Positions 61,055 through 64,000 of a stretch of DNA of 64,000 nt are shown here, one piece after another (position 1 is the first letter of the stretch; each line of letters opens with the position of its first letter). The position numbers and the translations under genes were made by a program. The DNA comes from a bacterium (GTDB lineage Bacteria > Patescibacteriota > UBA1384 > 2-12-FULL-50-11). The notes beneath the pieces are model-generated. The model searched no databases and had not been told where the DNA came from. It was given only the letters and a program-made list of their open reading frames with translations. The DNA is taken from the NCBI GenBank assembly GCA_021463485.1, contig JAJTYJ010000003.1, forward strand, positions 23,292 to 87,291, given 5' to 3'.

Positions 61055-63889
61055 TAGAATCTTAGCTAAGACCTTACCAGTTAGAGACTTAGGCTCTCGC
61101 GCAATTTGTTCTGGAGTACCCTTGGCGACAATTTCACCGCCATTGACACCGCCGCCAGGACCGAGATCGATAATCCAGTCAACAGATTTAATCACATCTA
61201 AATTATGTTCGATCACCACAATAGTATTACCGCGATCTACTAATTTTTGCAGTACTGCCAGTAATTTCTCTATGTCCGCAAAATGCAATCCAGTGGTTGG
61301 CTCGTCGAGGATATAAAGGGTTCTCCCAGTGTCGCGGCGAGATAGCTCGGCAGCAAGCTTAATACGCTGTGCTTCGCCGCCAGAGAGGGTTGGGGCGCTT
61401 TGACCAAGCCGAACGTACCCCAACCCAACTTGCTGCATCGTTACGAGCTTGTCTACAAGATTTGGAACCGGCTCAAAAAATTCAATAGCTTCATCGACAG
61501 TCATATTTAGAACTTGGTTAATGTTTTTTCCCTTCCAAAGTACTTCGAGCGTTTCACGGTTATACCGCGCGCCCTTACATACGTCACAAGTAACGTAGAC
61601 GTCTGGTAAGAAATTCATCTCGATCTTAATTTGTCCGTCACCCTGACAATTTTCGCAGCGACCACCGACCACGTTGAAACTAAAGCGCCCAGGTTTATAA
61701 CCGCGACTACGAGCCGCTGGAGTAGCGGCAAAAAGCTGACGAATTAAATCGAAAGACTTAGTGTAAGTAACCGGGTTTGAGCGCGGTGTTCGACCGATCG
61801 GGGATTGGTCTATCTCGATAATTTTGTCGATTTGATCGGTACCGGTAATGCCGGTATGTTTGCCGGGAACGCTGCTCCGAACTCCAAGCGTACGCGAGAT
61901 ACCCTTACTTAGAATCTCGGTAATAAGAGTTGATTTACCAGAACCTGAAACACCGGTCACGGCAGTAAATCGTCCAAGTGGAAAGCTAACAGAAACATTC
62001 TTTAAATTATTTTCGCTCGCTCCGTGAACAATAATATACGGATGTCTTTTTTCTATTGGGCGTCGTTCTGGAATTGTGATTGCCTTTTTGCCGTTAATAT
62101 ACGGAGCAGTAATAGAATTGGGATTGTTTAGTACTTCTTCTAAAGTTCCGGCGGCTACAATTTGTCCGCCGTGTTCGCCGGCGCCAGGCCCGATATCAAC
62201 CACGTAATCGGCGGCTTTTATAGTTTCTTCATCGTGTTCGACAACTACGACCGTATTACCTAAATCTCGCAGTTTTTTTAATGTCTCGATTAGTCGGTCA
62301 TTATCGGTTGGATGAAGTCCGATCGTCGGCTCGTCTAAAACGTATAAAATCCCCACTAACGCGGAGCCGATCTGTGAGGCTAATCGTATTCGCTGACCCT
62401 CACCGCCAGCCAATGTCGTTGCTGAACGATCAAGAGTTAAGTAAGTTAGCCCGACCTTACTTAAGAATTCGAGTCGATTGGTAATTTCATAAACCACTTT
62501 TTCTGCGATCGCTAGCTCGCGGCCGGTCAGTTTTAAGTTCTTAAAAAATTGGTACGCGTTATCAATTGAGAGCTGCGAGACTTCGGCGATATTTTTTTCG
62601 TTCACTTTTACGATTAGCGCTTCTTCTTTGAGGCGAGCACCTTTACAAGTTTGACACTCGTTGGTGAGCATATACTTTTCTATCTCATCTCGTACCGAAT
62701 CGGATTCGGTTTCGCGGTACCGTCCTTCAAGGTGAGGGACTAGTCCTTTGTACCAAACGTTGAAATACTGTGCTGTCCCACCGCTGAAATAGCGAAGTTT
62801 CATCTGGAACGGCGCGCCAGTGCCGTAGAGTAATTTTTTTATTTTCGACTCGTCCTGGCCTTCGAGCGGAGCATCAAAATCAAGCCCGAAATGCTCGCAG
62901 GCGTTACGAAGGAGTACGCCGTAATAGTTTGTTGCTGAATACGTCCACGGCATAATTGCTCCCTCGGAAACTGAAAGTTTTTTATTTGGAATAATAAGTT
63001 CTTCGGTGATTTCTTTTTTAAATCCGAGTCCGTGACAGTCTTCGCACGCACCGTACGGGCTATTAAACGAGAACGATCGCGGGGAGATCTCGCCTAGACT
63101 AAAGCCGTCGTACGGACAAGATAGCTCTTCAGAAAGCAGGATCTCGTCTTTTGGTTGGCTGTCTTCCCCAAGCACCGAAACAGCCACTAATCCTTTACTT
63201 AATTTCATTGCTGTTTCCATGGCATCGGTTAGACGCGACGGCGAAGACTGACCAATAATTAAGCGATCAACTAAAACCTCGATAGTATGAGCTTTGTATC
63301 GATCGAGCTCGATTCGGTCAGATAAGCTATAAGTTACGCCGTTTACTCTCGCAGAACCGAATCCGCCCTTAAATAAATCGTAAAGTAATTGATGGTACTC
63401 ACCCTTACGACCGCGAACCACTGGTGCGTAGATAATAATTCGAGTGCCTTCCGGCAAACCAGTGATTAAGTCGACCATCTGATCGACGCTTTGTCTTGTT
63501 ATTTTACGGCCGCACTTTGGGCAGTACGGTACGCCGATTCTGGCATAAAGAAGTCGTAAGTAATCGTAAATTTCGGTGACAGTACCAACTGTCGAGCGCG
63601 GGTTGTGGGAAACGGTTTTTTGATCGATCGAGATGGCAGGGGATAGCCCTTCAATGTAATCGACGTCAGGTTTTTCCATCTGCCCTAAAAATTGCCGGGC
63701 GTAGCTGGATAACGACTCCATATAACGACGCTGACCTTCGGCGTAAATTGTATCGAAAGCAAGCGAAGATTTGCCCGATCCGGATAGACCAGTTAATACA
63801 ATTAACTGATTGCGTGGTAATTCAACGTCAATGTTTTTGAGGTTGTGTTCGCGAGCTCCCTTGATAAAGATGACATCTTTCTGAGACAT
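61052..63889 (-). CDS. uvrA: Excinuclease ABC subunit A (UvrA), full-length, paralog 2
   Basis: [56 protein letters not shown]..., second [13 protein letters not shown], 945 aa; ~60% identical by eye to the copy at 27006-29849. Confidence 0.95.
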   Translation of the reverse strand: MSQKDVIFIKGAREHNLKNIDVELPRNQLIVLTGLSGSGKSSLAFDTIYAEGQRRYMESLSSYARQFLGQMEKPDVDYIEGLSPAISIDQKTVSHNPRSTVGTVTEIYDYLRLLYARIGVPYCPKCGRKITRQSVDQMVDLITGLPEGTRIIIYAPVVRGRKGEYHQLLYDLFKGGFGSARVNGVTYSLSDRIELDRYKAHTIEVLVDRLIIGQSSPSRLTDAMETAMKLSKGLVAVSVLGEDSQPKDEILLSEELSCPYDGFSLGEISPRSFSFNSPYGACEDCHGLGFKKEITEELIIPNKKLSVSEGAIMPWTYSATNYYGVLLRNACEHFGLDFDAPLEGQDESKIKKLLYGTGAPFQMKLRYFSGGTAQYFNVWYKGLVPHLEGRYRETESDSVRDEIEKYMLTNECQTCKGARLKEEALIVKVNEKNIAEVSQLSIDNAYQFFKNLKLTGRELAIAEKVVYEITNRLEFLSKVGLTYLTLDRSATTLAGGEGQRIRLASQIGSALVGILYVLDEPTIGLHPTDNDRLIETLKKLRDLGNTVVVVEHDEETIKAADYVVDIGPGAGEHGGQIVAAGTLEEVLNNPNSITAPYINGKKAITIPERRPIEKRHPYIIVHGASENNLKNVSVSFPLGRFTAVTGVSGSGKSTLITEILSKGISRTLGVRSSVPGKHTGITGTDQIDKIIEIDQSPIGRTPRSNPVTYTKSFDLIRQLFAATPAARSRGYKPGRFSFNVVGGRCENCQGDGQIKIEMNFLPDVYVTCDVCKGARYNRETLEVLWKGKNINQVLNMTVDEAIEFFEPVPNLVDKLVTMQQVGLGYVRLGQSAPTLSGGEAQRIKLAAELSRRDTGRTLYILDEPTTGLHFADIEKLLAVLQKLVDRGNTIVVIEHNLDVIKSVDWIIDLGPGGGVNGGEIVAKGTPEQIAREPKSLTGKVLAKIL

Positions 63890-64000
63890 CTCGTTATTGT
63901 ACCAAACAAATACCGAATGATTATTATCAATAACAAAATAGGGCCTTCCGACCCTATTTTGTGCAAAGAACAGTTTTACTGATTTTGTTCTTTAGTTTGC

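Noticed and set aside
63939-63960. Hairpin ataggg...ccctat with flanking A/T runs near the window end, considered as a terminator
   Set aside because: It is plausible as a bidirectional terminator, but the gene it would terminate lies outside the window. Too little context to call it.
1-64000. CRISPR array, cas genes, transposase/integrase or phage structural genes
   Set aside because: No regularly spaced direct repeats with unique spacers and no Cas-like, transposase or integrase-like translations found on either strand. The only repeat families are the intragenic duplications in the giant gene and the tRNA-Asp fragments.

Overview
This 64-kb window reads as a compact, gene-dense bacterial chromosome segment of about 48% GC, almost entirely housekeeping, and I found no defined multi-gene accessory system in it. 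The coding strand switches frequently and genes often overlap by 1-30 bp.

Genes I could assign:
- Translation: thrS, smpB, ychF, infC-rpmI-rplT, rpsP, trmD, rplY, a def-fmt fusion, tsaB/tsaE and der.
- DNA repair and recombination: two full-length uvrA paralogs, uvrC, ruvC, nfo, rnhB, a PriA-like protein lacking helicase motifs, a ParB-like protein and an HhH-GPD glycosylase-like protein.
- Central metabolism: a complete rpiB-rpe-tkt(split N/C)-fba-gap block, a 2-hydroxyacid dehydrogenase, glyA and folD.
- Envelope and other: lgt, lepB, an LCP-family protein, a parvulin-type PPIase, a DedA-family protein, a DsbA-like protein, bactofilin, an ABC-2 exporter pair, superoxide dismutase, a cysteine desulfurase and a GGDEF protein.
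- RNA genes: seven tRNAs (Arg-TCG, Lys-CTT, Asp-GTC, Gln-TTG, Val-CAC, Thr-CGT, Gly-CCC) and a compact RNase P RNA.

Several proteins are shorter than usual: split transketolase, Der without a KH domain, UvrC without its C-terminal helix-hairpin-helix pair (HhH2), a ~265-nt RNase P RNA, and PriA without helicase motifs. Together with the standard genetic code and many small secreted or membrane proteins, this is consistent with a reduced-genome lineage such as Patescibacteria/Saccharibacteria-like organisms. That placement is an inference, not proven from the sequence.

No CRISPR array, cas-like genes, transposase or integrase was seen.

Candidates worth a second look:
- a 1902-aa membrane-anchored giant surface protein with nucleotide-level internal duplications;
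- a natural Def-Fmt fusion;
- a catalytically dead PriA-like pseudo-helicase;
- a membrane-anchored double-AAA+ Clp-like ATPase whose first ATPase domain is degenerate, inserted into the rpsP-trmD operon;
- direct and inverted tRNA-Asp 3'-fragment repeats that look like an integration scar;
- an attenuator-type leader upstream of a DUF4430 gene;
- probable non-AUG starts for infC (AUA/AUU) and ruvC (AUC);
- single orphan genes next to tRNA-Lys, tRNA-Thr and tRNA-Gln.
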